DNA from: a virus
Lineage: Duplodnaviria > Caudoviricetes
DNA: 24,973 nucleotides
IMG/VR virus record: IMGVR_UViG_3300011409_000016
Location: 1 to 24,973 of that record
Direction: 5' to 3' (one strand)
This document shows, piece by piece, positions 9,000-17,649 of this stretch. Both the position numbers and the translations under genes were made by a program. Each line of letters begins with the position of its first letter. Positions within the stretch are counted from its first letter, which is position 1. Below the pieces are notes generated by a model. That model was not told the origin of the DNA. It did not search any database and saw only the letters and a list, made by a program, of their open reading frames with translations.

Positions 9000-9209
9000 C
9001 TAATTTTTTCCGGGCCCACCAAAATGTTGGATCGCCGACGCGGGAATCGGCTGCACCAACCGTTCTTTGTTTTTGTGATGCGACACGCACGTTTCTTTCG
9101 CGACTTCTAACAGACCGTAGAACAGGATCTTGTTGTCCAACGGTCCTTCGACCTGCACCTGACCAGCCTCGTCCATCGTGATCTTCATCTCTGCAACAAT
9201 CTTCGGCAT
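9000..9209 (-). CDS. Small hypothetical protein
   Basis: 69 aa, AGGAGGAG RBS. Confidence 0.78.
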   Translation of the reverse strand: MPKIVAEMKITMDEAGQVQVEGPLDNKILFYGLLEVAKETCVSHHKNKERLVQPIPASAIQHFGGPGKN

Positions 9210-9218
9210 CTCCTCCTC

Positions 9219-9431
9219 CTACGATTTCAACAATCCAAAACTCAAGAGATTGCGACGGGTCACTGGCTTTGGCGTTCCTAGTAATACGGATCCGACTCCG
9301 GCTGCCAGTGTCGCCACTTCAGGCATCGTCCGATCATGTTTCTGGAGGAGCTCATCCACTTTTCGGAGAGCTTCATCCAGTTCGGACGTATTCACGTGAA
9401 CATGCACGGTCATATTGTTGATAGCCATCAT
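9219..9431 (-). CDS. Small hypothetical protein
   Basis: 70 aa, AAGGA RBS, ATGA overlap with the upstream ORF. Confidence 0.7.
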   Translation of the reverse strand: MMAINNMTVHVHVNTSELDEALRKVDELLQKHDRTMPEVATLAAGVGSVLLGTPKPVTRRNLLSFGLLKS

Positions 9432-9556
9432 GCGTCCTTCGGCTTGGCAGATTTCAGTTGCCGGAGAGCCCGTTTCCGTGACATGGGCTTGGATAGTTTT
9501 TTCTTCCCGTCCGTATCCATGATCACGTACTTATTTGGTCCGACGCGTTTGATCAT
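9428..9556 (-). CDS. Small basic protein (42 aa), missed by the ORF track
   Basis: MIKRVGPNKYVIMDTDGKKKLSKPMSRKRALRQLKSAKPKDA; ATGA overlaps at both ends (portal stop and next start). Confidence 0.72.
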   Translation of the reverse strand: MIKRVGPNKYVIMDTDGKKKLSKPMSRKRALRQLKSAKPKDA

Positions 9557-11025
9557 ACTTCCGGTTCCGACGGTGGTGGTTCTTGGTATCCGGGTTTCCG
9601 TGGTGGAAACGATTGCGGTGGTGGCTTCGGCTTATTTTTCTCCCGTTCTTTTCTCCGTTTCTCGATAGCTTCGACTTCAGCATCCGCATCGATGCCTTCG
9701 CGACCCCATCCACCGGTAACCAGAATGTTCCACCATGTCTCGTAGCTGATCTCTTCGGCTTGGAGAGCGGCCAATGCGGCCTGGATGTCTTGCGGTGAGG
9801 CTTTGACATTCAAATAATCTTTGTTGAGTTCCACGCCCACTTCGGTGTCCTGTGGGAGAGCTTCGTTACCCATCCACCACGCAACAATCCGAAGCACCAA
9901 CGTAAATCCCAATTCAACAGACTGCGCCACGGTTCGGAGCGACGCATGTTCACCCGCATGGCGCATGGTGACCGCTGACGCCGTTTCTGGTACGATCGCC
10001 GAGTCCTCCAGGAGCCGTGCACCAAGCGTGGCCATTTGTTTCTTCTTTTCGTTCATGGCCGTGACGAGTGCACCGAGTCCTTCACCGCTGAACTCCAGCA
10101 TGCCGGCGGATCCCTGGATATCCAGTTCCCAAACTTTGCTCGGACCGATCGGCAAAGGAGAAGAATCCGCACCGGAGGCACGAGCACCGGCGACCCATGG
10201 CGTTGGTAGCGCCACGAGATGGAGTCCGTATTCGTAATCGACGCTGTTGCGCCAGTGACCGAGGTTGACATCCGCGAGATCGATAAGTGGCGGCTCCTCT
10301 AGTACCGATGTCGCATTCGATGCGCAGATGAATACGAAAGGAATGAACGGAAGTGCTTCACCTCTCCGGTTAAGCGTGACCGGTGTTCCGTGATGAACGA
10401 ATACATTCTTTTCCTTCTCCGATTTTGGACGCCACAACTGCACGATGCATTTGCCGTCCACCAACCGAAGTTCACGGTACTGTTCGATGACCTCGCTGAT
10501 AAACGGATCCGTCGGAACCGTCTGCTCGATCGATTCCCTCAGCACCAACATCGTCAACACTTCGGCTCCCTGGAGTCTCGAGGTTTTCCAGTTGACGATA
10601 TCTTCCGCAAGGTAGCCGATACAGTACGGCCGATTATCAATCGAAGGAACCGAGGACATGTCCACGAGTACACCGAACCGGCCGATGAGCATCACTTCGT
10701 TGCCGGTAGTCTGGGCAAACATCTCGAATGGCACATTGCCCAGTGTGATATCATCGAGATACGGTTTCATGTCTTCCGGGAATTCTACCTCCGGTGCTTC
10801 CTGGAAGATGGATCCCATCATTCCTTCGACGGTGCGCTTGGTGGCGTTATAGAAGCTCCCACGGCGACGGTAATCTTCGTTCTCTACGAGATCCTTGGCC
10901 GGAAGGAGCGGCACGTACTTCACGCCAGCCTTCAGGATGGCATCCCGTCCACCGATGCAGTCACGAAGTCGTGCCCACTTCACCTTCATGTCTGCAAAAT
11001 CTTTACGTTCAGTGTTCACGGGCAT
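9553..11025 (-). CDS. Portal protein (DUF4055-type)
   Basis: 490 aa; Y..RGSFYNATKRT, EDIVNW, IPFVFI, PPLIDLADVNLGHWRNSVDYE and LGARLL motifs; position before scaffold and capsid. Confidence 0.92.
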   Translation of the reverse strand: MPVNTERKDFADMKVKWARLRDCIGGRDAILKAGVKYVPLLPAKDLVENEDYRRRGSFYNATKRTVEGMMGSIFQEAPEVEFPEDMKPYLDDITLGNVPFEMFAQTTGNEVMLIGRFGVLVDMSSVPSIDNRPYCIGYLAEDIVNWKTSRLQGAEVLTMLVLRESIEQTVPTDPFISEVIEQYRELRLVDGKCIVQLWRPKSEKEKNVFVHHGTPVTLNRRGEALPFIPFVFICASNATSVLEEPPLIDLADVNLGHWRNSVDYEYGLHLVALPTPWVAGARASGADSSPLPIGPSKVWELDIQGSAGMLEFSGEGLGALVTAMNEKKKQMATLGARLLEDSAIVPETASAVTMRHAGEHASLRTVAQSVELGFTLVLRIVAWWMGNEALPQDTEVGVELNKDYLNVKASPQDIQAALAALQAEEISYETWWNILVTGGWGREGIDADAEVEAIEKRRKEREKNKPKPPPQSFPPRKPGYQEPPPSEPEV

Positions 11026-11030
11026 GTGGA

Positions 11031-11324
11031 TTACCGTCCTGTGAAAAGCCAGTTCAATCGGGACCAGAAGCCACGACAGACAAAGTTTGACATCCGGATG
11101 AGATTATCCTTATCGCCACGATCCACGTAGGTGCGTTGTTGCTCTGCAAGTCGTAACCGATGCGTTCGCTCCTCGCCCACGGCCTTGAGACATTCATCCC
11201 GAACCTGCGAAATCCGGGTGACGAGTTCATCCACGAGTTCTCCGGTAGTGTTCGTGACGGCATCAAGATCCTTTCGAATCTCCTGCGTCGCTGTGCGATG
11301 CCGGCGTTGCTCCTCTCCGTTCAT
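11031..11324 (-). CDS. Hypothetical coiled-coil protein
   Basis: Start at ATG 11324 (MNGEEQ..., AAGGA RBS); amphipathic FWSRLNWLF C-terminus. Confidence 0.7.
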   Translation of the reverse strand: MNGEEQRRHRTATQEIRKDLDAVTNTTGELVDELVTRISQVRDECLKAVGEERTHRLRLAEQQRTYVDRGDKDNLIRMSNFVCRGFWSRLNWLFTGR

Positions 11325-11325
11325 G

Positions 11326-11610
11326 TTACGTATCCTTCGGACAGAAATCGCGGAGGCCCACGGTAGGCAGGATCGGTTGAAAGAGATTCCCGAAAGTGAG
11401 TTGCTCCAAGTAGAGATCCTCACCGGCCGCGATTCGGGCTCTCTCCTCCGGTGTAAGCGACCACCGAGAAATCACCCGGTACTCTGGTCCCTGCATGAAC
11501 CGAACCACCGGCAATTCTCGATACTTCGGCTTTTGGTTTTTCGCCAGCACCATGTACTCGTGCTGAGGAAGAAAGTCGCGATCTTCTTGATCGAAATGTT
11601 TTGGTTCCAT
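11326..11610 (-). CDS. Conserved phage hypothetical protein
   Basis: VISRWSLTPEERARIAAGEDLYLEQLTFG...QP motif recognised from small phage proteins; TAATG coupling. Confidence 0.75.
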   Translation of the reverse strand: MEPKHFDQEDRDFLPQHEYMVLAKNQKPKYRELPVVRFMQGPEYRVISRWSLTPEERARIAAGEDLYLEQLTFGNLFQPILPTVGLRDFCPKDT

Positions 11611-11798
11611 TAGGTGCATGTCTCCGGCGTGCAGGGAATCATTTCCGAAATCACATGATCAAGAATCGCGCACCGACCGCACACGAGCCGACCGTCAGAC
11701 AGAAGGAACGGTTGCGGATGCTCACACTCGAACGGACAGTGAGCATGATCGCAACCGTGCTTCTGGTACCACTCTATCGTGGATGCGATTCCTTCCAC
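11610..11798 (-). CDS. Small Cys/His-rich (putative Zn-binding) protein
   Basis: CDHAHCPFECEHPQP...CGRC...C...C; start uncertain. Confidence 0.6.
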   Translation of the reverse strand: MEGIASTIEWYQKHGCDHAHCPFECEHPQPFLLSDGRLVCGRCAILDHVISEMIPCTPETCT

Positions 11799-11959
11799 TT
11801 CGCACCCTCTGCAAGATACTTGTCGGCGTTGCCCTGGAACTCAGTGACCATCTCCTCGTACGTCGGCATCCTGCCGCCGTTCCGGTCCATGAGCCGCTGG
11901 ATGATCGCGGCCACGGTGGGCCCGAAGATGGCAAAGAGTTGGAGAAGAACTTCATTCAT
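11774..11959 (-). CDS. Small protein with hydrophobic N-terminus (possible lysis accessory)
   Basis: 61 aa, GAGGAG RBS, follows the lipoprotein gene. Confidence 0.7.
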   Translation of the reverse strand: MNEVLLQLFAIFGPTVAAIIQRLMDRNGGRMPTYEEMVTEFQGNADKYLAEGAKWKESHPR

Positions 11960-11974
11960 GATTGTGCTCCTCTG

Positions 11975-12373
11975 CTACTTGAGATTTTCGATCACCGCAC
12001 GTGCAGCAGCCAGGTACGACGAGAGTTTCGTTTTCCCGGCCGCATCGAGTCGCGTTTCGATTCGCTGGACGGCTGCAAGTCCCGTGGCTCGCCATCCTTC
12101 GGGTACTTTCTTGAGTGCCGTAATCCCGTCGGTGACCGCGTCCACCACGATGCCGGTGTTGTTGGTGCTCAGAAGCGGACGGCATGGCAACGGCTCGCAC
12201 ACCTGCACTTCGTTGAGCCCGATGGCCACATGTTGTAGCGTACCGAGTCCAACGGTGACTTCGTTGGCTTGCCACACGAGCACGCCCGCTGGTGTGAGGG
12301 ACGCCGGTGCTCTCGATGCACACGACGGAAGTGCGAGTAACAACGCCAGTACGAGAACGATTCGATTCATCAT
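11975..12373 (-). CDS. Lipoprotein (possibly spanin-like)
   Basis: Signal peptide MMNRIVLVLALLLA followed by lipobox LPS-C; helical mature part. Confidence 0.8.
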   Translation of the reverse strand: MMNRIVLVLALLLALPSCASRAPASLTPAGVLVWQANEVTVGLGTLQHVAIGLNEVQVCEPLPCRPLLSTNNTGIVVDAVTDGITALKKVPEGWRATGLAAVQRIETRLDAAGKTKLSSYLAAARAVIENLK

Positions 12374-12385
12374 TGGTTTCCTTCC

Positions 12386-13600
12386 TTACAGCCGAAGTCC
12401 GCGAATGAGATACGCGGCATTCGCGGCCGGGTCGCCTTTCAGGGTCAAGACTTCTCCTGCATTCAGATCCCGTGTCTCCACGGGTGTTTCTGGATGAAGT
12501 GGATCATACACCGTCACACGGCAGGCATTCCGTGCGGTCACTTTCCCTTCTTTCAACACGCCAGATGGAGCCGTGAGAAAAAATCGACCGTCTGGACTAC
12601 TGGCCGCGTAATTTTTATTGAGGCCACGTCCCTCCTTTCCCTCCCAGAACTCATGAGTCCGGAGCGGATGAGGAGGATCGGCCCATGCATCATTCGATTG
12701 CGTCCAATCCTCTACTCCTTCTGGGAAGATCGGATCGATTCCTCGCACGGCTGTCATAATGGCATCGATGCCCGGTGTCTCCCAGAGGTTGGCCGGACGA
12801 AATCCGGTGGACCCTTCTTTCGGCACACCGTAGATGCCGGCTCCGTTGTGCAGGATAAAGGATCCCCCACCGCACAACATGCCTACCGCTCTGGACATAG
12901 CCAATCGCAACGGGTCCATGCAACTCGACACACTGGACAGTGGGCCTTTCCCTTCACCCAACGACGTAGGCCACTTGTAGTCCTTCACGTCCCATCCCTG
13001 GCGCACGAAACGCCAATCGAAATCGGTGGCCGTCCGATGGAGATGAACCGATGTCATATTGCCTGCACCTTTGGCCATCAACTCCTTCATGACACCGCCG
13101 TAGTCGTCGCCGTACCCCGGAGCGACGAGGAGCCCGGTGGCCAGGAGTTTCTTTCCCATCTTCACGATGAGATCAATGTCCTTGATGTTCCGCTCGTTCA
13201 CCGGTTCCAAGTACACGAACTTGTGTTCACGTCCTTTGATGATCTCCACCCACATGTCCGTCGTTCGAAGATGATCCCGATTGCTACCACCCGTCACGGT
13301 GAGTTGCGTTCGGATGCCGTACGTATCGTAGGCCCGGTCCACCATGCTAGAGGCTTTCTCCTGGTAGTCCGGCCATGTCGAATCCGTTTCGAGTCCTGAC
13401 CATCCCACGTCACCGAGGACGCGTTGAAATTCGTATCCATACTTTCGGAGATAGGCCCATTGCTGTTCAACTCGTTCCGGTTCGAACTTCCACCCACGAA
13501 GTGCCCAGAATAGAGTGCCTCCTAACGGAAAAAATCTTCCGGTGTCATCTCTGAATCCGCGGCCGTCTGCGCGGACGATCCCTGTACGACGGCGACCTAA
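12386..13600 (-). CDS. Glycoside hydrolase-like TIM-barrel domain (clan GH-A/GH5-like), probably reached by -1 frameshift
   Basis: Frame is open well upstream of the track's GTG (13408), reading GIVRADGRGFRDDTGRFFPLGGTLFWAL...GYEFQRVLG. YLEPVNE is a candidate acid/base motif; SVHLHR; PTSLGEG is a candidate nucleophile. Confidence 0.7.
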   Translation of the reverse strand, partial: LGRRRTGIVRADGRGFRDDTGRFFPLGGTLFWALRGWKFEPERVEQQWAYLRKYGYEFQRVLGDVGWSGLETDSTWPDYQEKASSMVDRAYDTYGIRTQLTVTGGSNRDHLRTTDMWVEIIKGREHKFVYLEPVNERNIKDIDLIVKMGKKLLATGLLVAPGYGDDYGGVMKELMAKGAGNMTSVHLHRTATDFDWRFVRQGWDVKDYKWPTSLGEGKGPLSSVSSCMDPLRLAMSRAVGMLCGGGSFILHNGAGIYGVPKEGSTGFRPANLWETPGIDAIMTAVRGIDPIFPEGVEDWTQSNDAWADPPHPLRTHEFWEGKEGRGLNKNYAASSPDGRFFLTAPSGVLKEGKVTARNACRVTVYDPLHPETPVETRDLNAGEVLTLKGDPAANAAYLIRGLRL

Positions 13601-15000
13601 AAACCTGTCGGCTTCGTGAAGATGTCCGGTGAGAATCGAGGAGGATTACTCTTCGTATCCAGAAAACCGTGCTGCACCAGTGTAACGCCGTCGTCCCACA
13701 CCAACGTCAGCTCTGCGCCATGCCCAGAAACTAATGAATCAGCAAGTGGGATCAGATGCGCAGGACGATTGTCGAATGTGCCGGGCACACCAACCACCTC
13801 GTCCCCCACGTCCGGTTTCAATCGTACTTCCTTGAACGCGGCATTCGTAGAGATCGCTAACGGTTTCATTGAACCTCCAGGTCCCGGTGTCGGGGGTTTT
13901 GGATTCGGCGGTTTGGGTTGATCCGGTATCGTACTACCCGGTCCGATGCGCGCCATGAGCAAATCAAAGCGGCCGTTCCTTATGCCGAAGTTCGTGGCCC
14001 AACACGCCCACTCTCCGGTAGGATCCACGCACGCTCGCAGTTGTCCGTTGTATTTCTCGTCATCGGATGCGTTCTCTGGGATCGATGCCATCAGGCCCGG
14101 AGCAATCACGCGTGGCGGACGGGCACCGCTGATGGAAAGAGCCAGGAGTTCGCCACTCCAATTCGAACTCAGCAACGCGAGATCCTCGCGGTCCCGACAA
14201 GCCACATGGCCCATCCCTGGTCCCCATCCCGGAGCCTGCCAAATCAATTCACGCTGGCTCCACACCTCGAGATTCCATTTGACCAGTGCACCGGGCTCGT
14301 GCTCGTCATCTTCTCCGATGACGATCTTATCCCCCACGTCGCAATGGCCTAAGGCACCCTCTTTATTGCTCACGATGCGATTACCGTCTCGGGCCAGATC
14401 GATAAAGAGATTTCGGGAATCTTCACCCACGCGTTCTTGCACCACGAGGTGATATCCGCTCTTATCAATCTGACATTCATCGATCACGCCGGTACTCCGG
14501 AAAAACTCCTGCTTCTGTCCGTCATCCACCACGGATCCGATGGCTCTGTAGTTCGAATCCTGAACCGTTGCCGAATGCACGCGATCGGTGCGGCTGCTGT
14601 GGGCCTGTTTGATGTACGAGCCATAATCCGAATGCAATCGGAAGACGGATGCGGATTGTCCGTTCGAAATATCAAAGGTACGGAGTTCATTGCCTTGAAT
14701 GAAGTAGAGGAGGTGGGGTTGGGTGTCGCTGAAATACCATCCTTCCGCTTCTCCCTCCATCGGCAGTTCCCGGTGCAATGAAACCGAGAGCGTGCGCTTG
14801 TCTACTGCCAGGATCATCGGTCGTTGACCCTTGCGTCCCGCGAGCACGAACAGCCGGTCGGCTCCGGCATGGTTGTTGATCACCGACCAGTAGGAGTAGA
14901 GCCGTGGCGGCACGCCGTTCGGCGCATTCGAGGTATTCGTCAAGCGAATGCCTTGCGTGGCCGGAAACGGAAACGGTCCCAAGCGATCCGGTACGTTCAC
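13597..15000 (-). CDS. Beta-propeller-like protein with Pro-rich linker and small C-terminal domain
   Basis: 467 aa; blade-like segments (ECQIDKSGYHLVV, ACVDPTGEWACWATNFG); PKPPNPKPPTPGPGG linker; GAGGA RBS; no signal peptide. Confidence 0.72.
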   Translation of the reverse strand: MNVPDRLGPFPFPATQGIRLTNTSNAPNGVPPRLYSYWSVINNHAGADRLFVLAGRKGQRPMILAVDKRTLSVSLHRELPMEGEAEGWYFSDTQPHLLYFIQGNELRTFDISNGQSASVFRLHSDYGSYIKQAHSSRTDRVHSATVQDSNYRAIGSVVDDGQKQEFFRSTGVIDECQIDKSGYHLVVQERVGEDSRNLFIDLARDGNRIVSNKEGALGHCDVGDKIVIGEDDEHEPGALVKWNLEVWSQRELIWQAPGWGPGMGHVACRDREDLALLSSNWSGELLALSISGARPPRVIAPGLMASIPENASDDEKYNGQLRACVDPTGEWACWATNFGIRNGRFDLLMARIGPGSTIPDQPKPPNPKPPTPGPGGSMKPLAISTNAAFKEVRLKPDVGDEVVGVPGTFDNRPAHLIPLADSLVSGHGAELTLVWDDGVTLVQHGFLDTKSNPPRFSPDIFTKPTGF

Positions 15001-15206
15001 GGTTCCTCTTTCTCCTCGACATCAGTAGATGTCGTGACCACATTCCCCGTGCGCCAGAGCGTGTCCATGAAAATCCGAACGGAGCCACCCGCCGTACGAA
15101 TGTATTCGATCTTACCGGAGGAGAGCCAATTGTAAATCGTTCTCCTCGACACGCCTACGAGTTCGCAGGCTTTCATGATCGAAACAGTCTTACGAATGAG
15201 AGCCAT
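14997..15206 (-). CDS. Excisionase/MerR-like helix-turn-helix DNA-binding protein
   Basis: SIMKACELVGVSRRTIYNWLSSGKIEYIRTAGGSVRI is a classic HTH_17-type pattern. Confidence 0.88.
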   Translation of the reverse strand: MALIRKTVSIMKACELVGVSRRTIYNWLSSGKIEYIRTAGGSVRIFMDTLWRTGNVVTTSTDVEEKEEP

Positions 15207-15376
15207 TATTCATTCCGTTCTTGAAACTGTTTCCATTCATCTACCAGTGCGCGAATCTCTTCGACGAGTGCCCGGTACTCCGGTGTTTCCCGTTTCCGTC
15301 CCGTGGTATGCGGCAGGAGTGACAGTTTCACGTACGCTCGTTGGATCTTTCTGAGGAGCTCATCCCCATGATGCAT
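15206..15376 (-). CDS. Small hypothetical protein
   Basis: Helical ORF (MHHGDELLRKIQRAY...) bridging terL and the HTH gene with TAATG coupling; start uncertain. Confidence 0.6.
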   Translation of the reverse strand: MHHGDELLRKIQRAYVKLSLLPHTTGRKRETPEYRALVEEIRALVDEWKQFQERNE

Positions 15377-16823
15377 CCCGCACCCGTACTTCAGACACGC
15401 CACCGAGATATTCCAGGGATGCGAGCATCAACGCATCAGCATCATCGGGCGATGGCTTGTTCCGTCGCTTGATGTCATCCTTGGATTCCATTTGAATCTG
15501 ACCGCGAGAGTTCCGCTTGTATCGCAGGTCCACGAGTTGCGCGGCCAAGTCGTCATCGTGCTCATCGATGTCGATGTTGCCGGATTGAAACGTTTCGCGG
15601 AGTGCCCAGTACCCTTCGGCTCGGACATTCGCAAAATGTTCCTTATCCTTGGCCGGTCTCGAGACATTGACGCCCACGACCACCTTGACCCGCTGTTCCT
15701 GTGCGCGATTCACGACGCCACGACCGATACCAATCTCATCCACCTTCGCTTTCGTAATCGGTGCCTCGGGTGTGAGCGTTTTTCTGGTATGGATAAACGC
15801 GAGGAGCGTCCCGCACGTTTCCATGGTATCCGGATTCTGATCCCGCTGAATAATCCGGTAGCGTGGGCCTTCGCGTTCGCAGTAGGTGCTATTGTTCGAA
15901 CCGCCGCCGACATCCAATCCGAATTCATGCGGCAGTCCTGGTGGAAGCTCTCGGAGTTGCGCGTTGCGAATCCATTTGATGGGAATCAATCCGCCCACGG
16001 TCGTATCTGGGAACTGACCGAGCACTTTGCTAATCCAGAACGGATTCGCTTCTCCCCATTTCCGTCGCTTCTCCTCCACCCACATCTTTCCGACCAGGAG
16101 CGGCCGGAGTTTTTCCGGAACGGGTTCCTTCGTGAAGTTCGGCGTGTCAAAGGCAGAGATGGGGATGACATTCCATCCGGAGCCCGGATCGCAGATGCGG
16201 CGGAACTCCGTTTCTGGGTCATCAGGATTCCCGATGGCCAGGAAGCGAGAATCATCATTCGCAATAAGGGAGTCAGCCGCTTCCCAGAGTGGCGTGGCGT
16301 TGATGCCTCCGGCCTCATCAAAGATCACCAGCACGTAGCGCGCGTGGATGCCCTGAAAGGCAGCCGGATCCAAATCATCCGGTTTCATCCCGAACGCAAC
16401 GAGTTCTTCCTTACCGTTCGCCATCTGCATGAACCATTCCGTTTGATTCGTGCGGCCCATGAGAGAGGCTTTCCCGTGCGCGCGATTGATCTCTCTCCAG
16501 AGAATGTTACGGACCTGTCTGCCGGTTGGTGCTGAGGTCACGACAAAGGCTTCACCCACCGGATGATTGCAGAGCCAATGGGATCCTATACGAGCGGCCA
16601 GGAAACTCTTACCGGAGCCGTGGCAACTCGGAACGGCCGTTTTCCGATTATCCCGCACGGACTCCATGATCTCGACCTGTTTCGACCAGAGATGCTCTTT
16701 CAGCACGTTGCGGATCCAACCGGGCCCATCCCGCAGATAGGTCCGGCGTGCAAGTTCGGCTTGTATGGCCGCAAGCTCTCGAACCGGATCACGATGCTGC
16801 GAGAGGAGCGCAGATGCGGGCAT
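15360..16823 (-). CDS. terL: Terminase large subunit
   Basis: Walker A SCHGSGKS, Walker B VLVIFDEA, coupling motif IGNP, nuclease GLDVG and SPDDADAL. Confidence 0.96.
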   Translation of the reverse strand: MPASALLSQHRDPVRELAAIQAELARRTYLRDGPGWIRNVLKEHLWSKQVEIMESVRDNRKTAVPSCHGSGKSFLAARIGSHWLCNHPVGEAFVVTSAPTGRQVRNILWREINRAHGKASLMGRTNQTEWFMQMANGKEELVAFGMKPDDLDPAAFQGIHARYVLVIFDEAGGINATPLWEAADSLIANDDSRFLAIGNPDDPETEFRRICDPGSGWNVIPISAFDTPNFTKEPVPEKLRPLLVGKMWVEEKRRKWGEANPFWISKVLGQFPDTTVGGLIPIKWIRNAQLRELPPGLPHEFGLDVGGGSNNSTYCEREGPRYRIIQRDQNPDTMETCGTLLAFIHTRKTLTPEAPITKAKVDEIGIGRGVVNRAQEQRVKVVVGVNVSRPAKDKEHFANVRAEGYWALRETFQSGNIDIDEHDDDLAAQLVDLRYKRNSRGQIQMESKDDIKRRNKPSPDDADALMLASLEYLGGVSEVRVRDASWG

Positions 16824-16826
16824 GGG

Positions 16827-17078
16827 CTATCGACGATCTCGATACAGGCCAGAGGAGCGTCGTCCCGCATTGTTGTTGTGTGCGGTGGCGGCGTGCCGTT
16901 GATTCGCGTGATGGGCTGCCTGTCGAACCCGTGCCTGCGAAACGGCATGTCTGGCGTACATCGCGATCCGGGGATTGGCCGGAGAGGGAGAAGATTTTGC
17001 CAAGCGAGCCGTGGCCGTGGAGAGTCGTCCGGCGGCACCGCCACCGGTATACTGATTGATGCCTGAGGGATTCGGCAT
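16827..17078 (-). CDS. Small basic Ala/Arg/His-rich protein
   Basis: Start at ATG 17078 (AAGGA RBS): MPNPSGINQYTGGG...; 83 aa. Confidence 0.7.
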   Translation of the reverse strand: MPNPSGINQYTGGGAAGRLSTATARLAKSSPSPANPRIAMYARHAVSQARVRQAAHHANQRHAATAHNNNAGRRSSGLYRDRR

Positions 17079-17082
17079 GTGC

Positions 17083-17517
17083 TTATCCTTTGAAAAGGGA
17101 AAAGAGTTTCCGTGCGCCGCAGATGCAGCCGATTTGGCCTTGCGGGAATTCGCCGATGCGGCCGATCCGCCAACGATGAAAGCCACACCAACAGAGCACG
17201 AAGCGAGAGAAAGGAACGCGCGCGATTGGGGATCCCTCTCCTGAGGGGGTTGGCTCTGGCTCGCAGGTGTACGTTTTGATGCCATCCGATCGCGATTCGA
17301 GAATCCGAAATCCTGGCATGGCTTTGATGGTAACCTGCAGATCCGCCTCACCCGAAAAATGCAGGTCGCCGGATGCCAGCACGGAGAGGTTGCAACGGAC
17401 GGCTTCATCAACGGCAAGGTGTAGGGAGAAATCCAGCAGGTCCGGCGTGTCATGGCCGTTGATCAAGAGCGATGCTCCTCGTTTGTTCGTCGGCCCGAGA
17501 ATATCAATGTGCGCCAT
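17083..17517 (-). CDS. Hypothetical protein with C-terminal C/H Zn-binding motif
   Basis: MAHIDILG...; LCWCGFHRW...CICGARK. Confidence 0.68.
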   Translation of the reverse strand: MAHIDILGPTNKRGASLLINGHDTPDLLDFSLHLAVDEAVRCNLSVLASGDLHFSGEADLQVTIKAMPGFRILESRSDGIKTYTCEPEPTPSGEGSPIARVPFSRFVLCWCGFHRWRIGRIGEFPQGQIGCICGARKLFSLFKG

Positions 17518-17649
17518 TTCGAATTCTCTGCAAGAGAAGTTCTCGTTCTGCAATCGCGCGATGCGCCAGCCGGATATGCTCCCGAGATTCGGTTCTCGCT
17601 GCGAGGGATGCGAAATACCGAATTTCCCGTGCGATTCTCTTCGTTCGGG

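Noticed and set aside
14997-15206. True excisionase or integration module
   Set aside because: No integrase or att-like site in the window, and the gene is embedded in the late operon.
10390-16535. Long plus-strand ORFs (10390-11130, 11601-12497, 12494-13399, 15492-16535)
   Set aside because: Antisense shadows of well-supported minus-strand genes in GC-rich DNA; no recognisable motifs.
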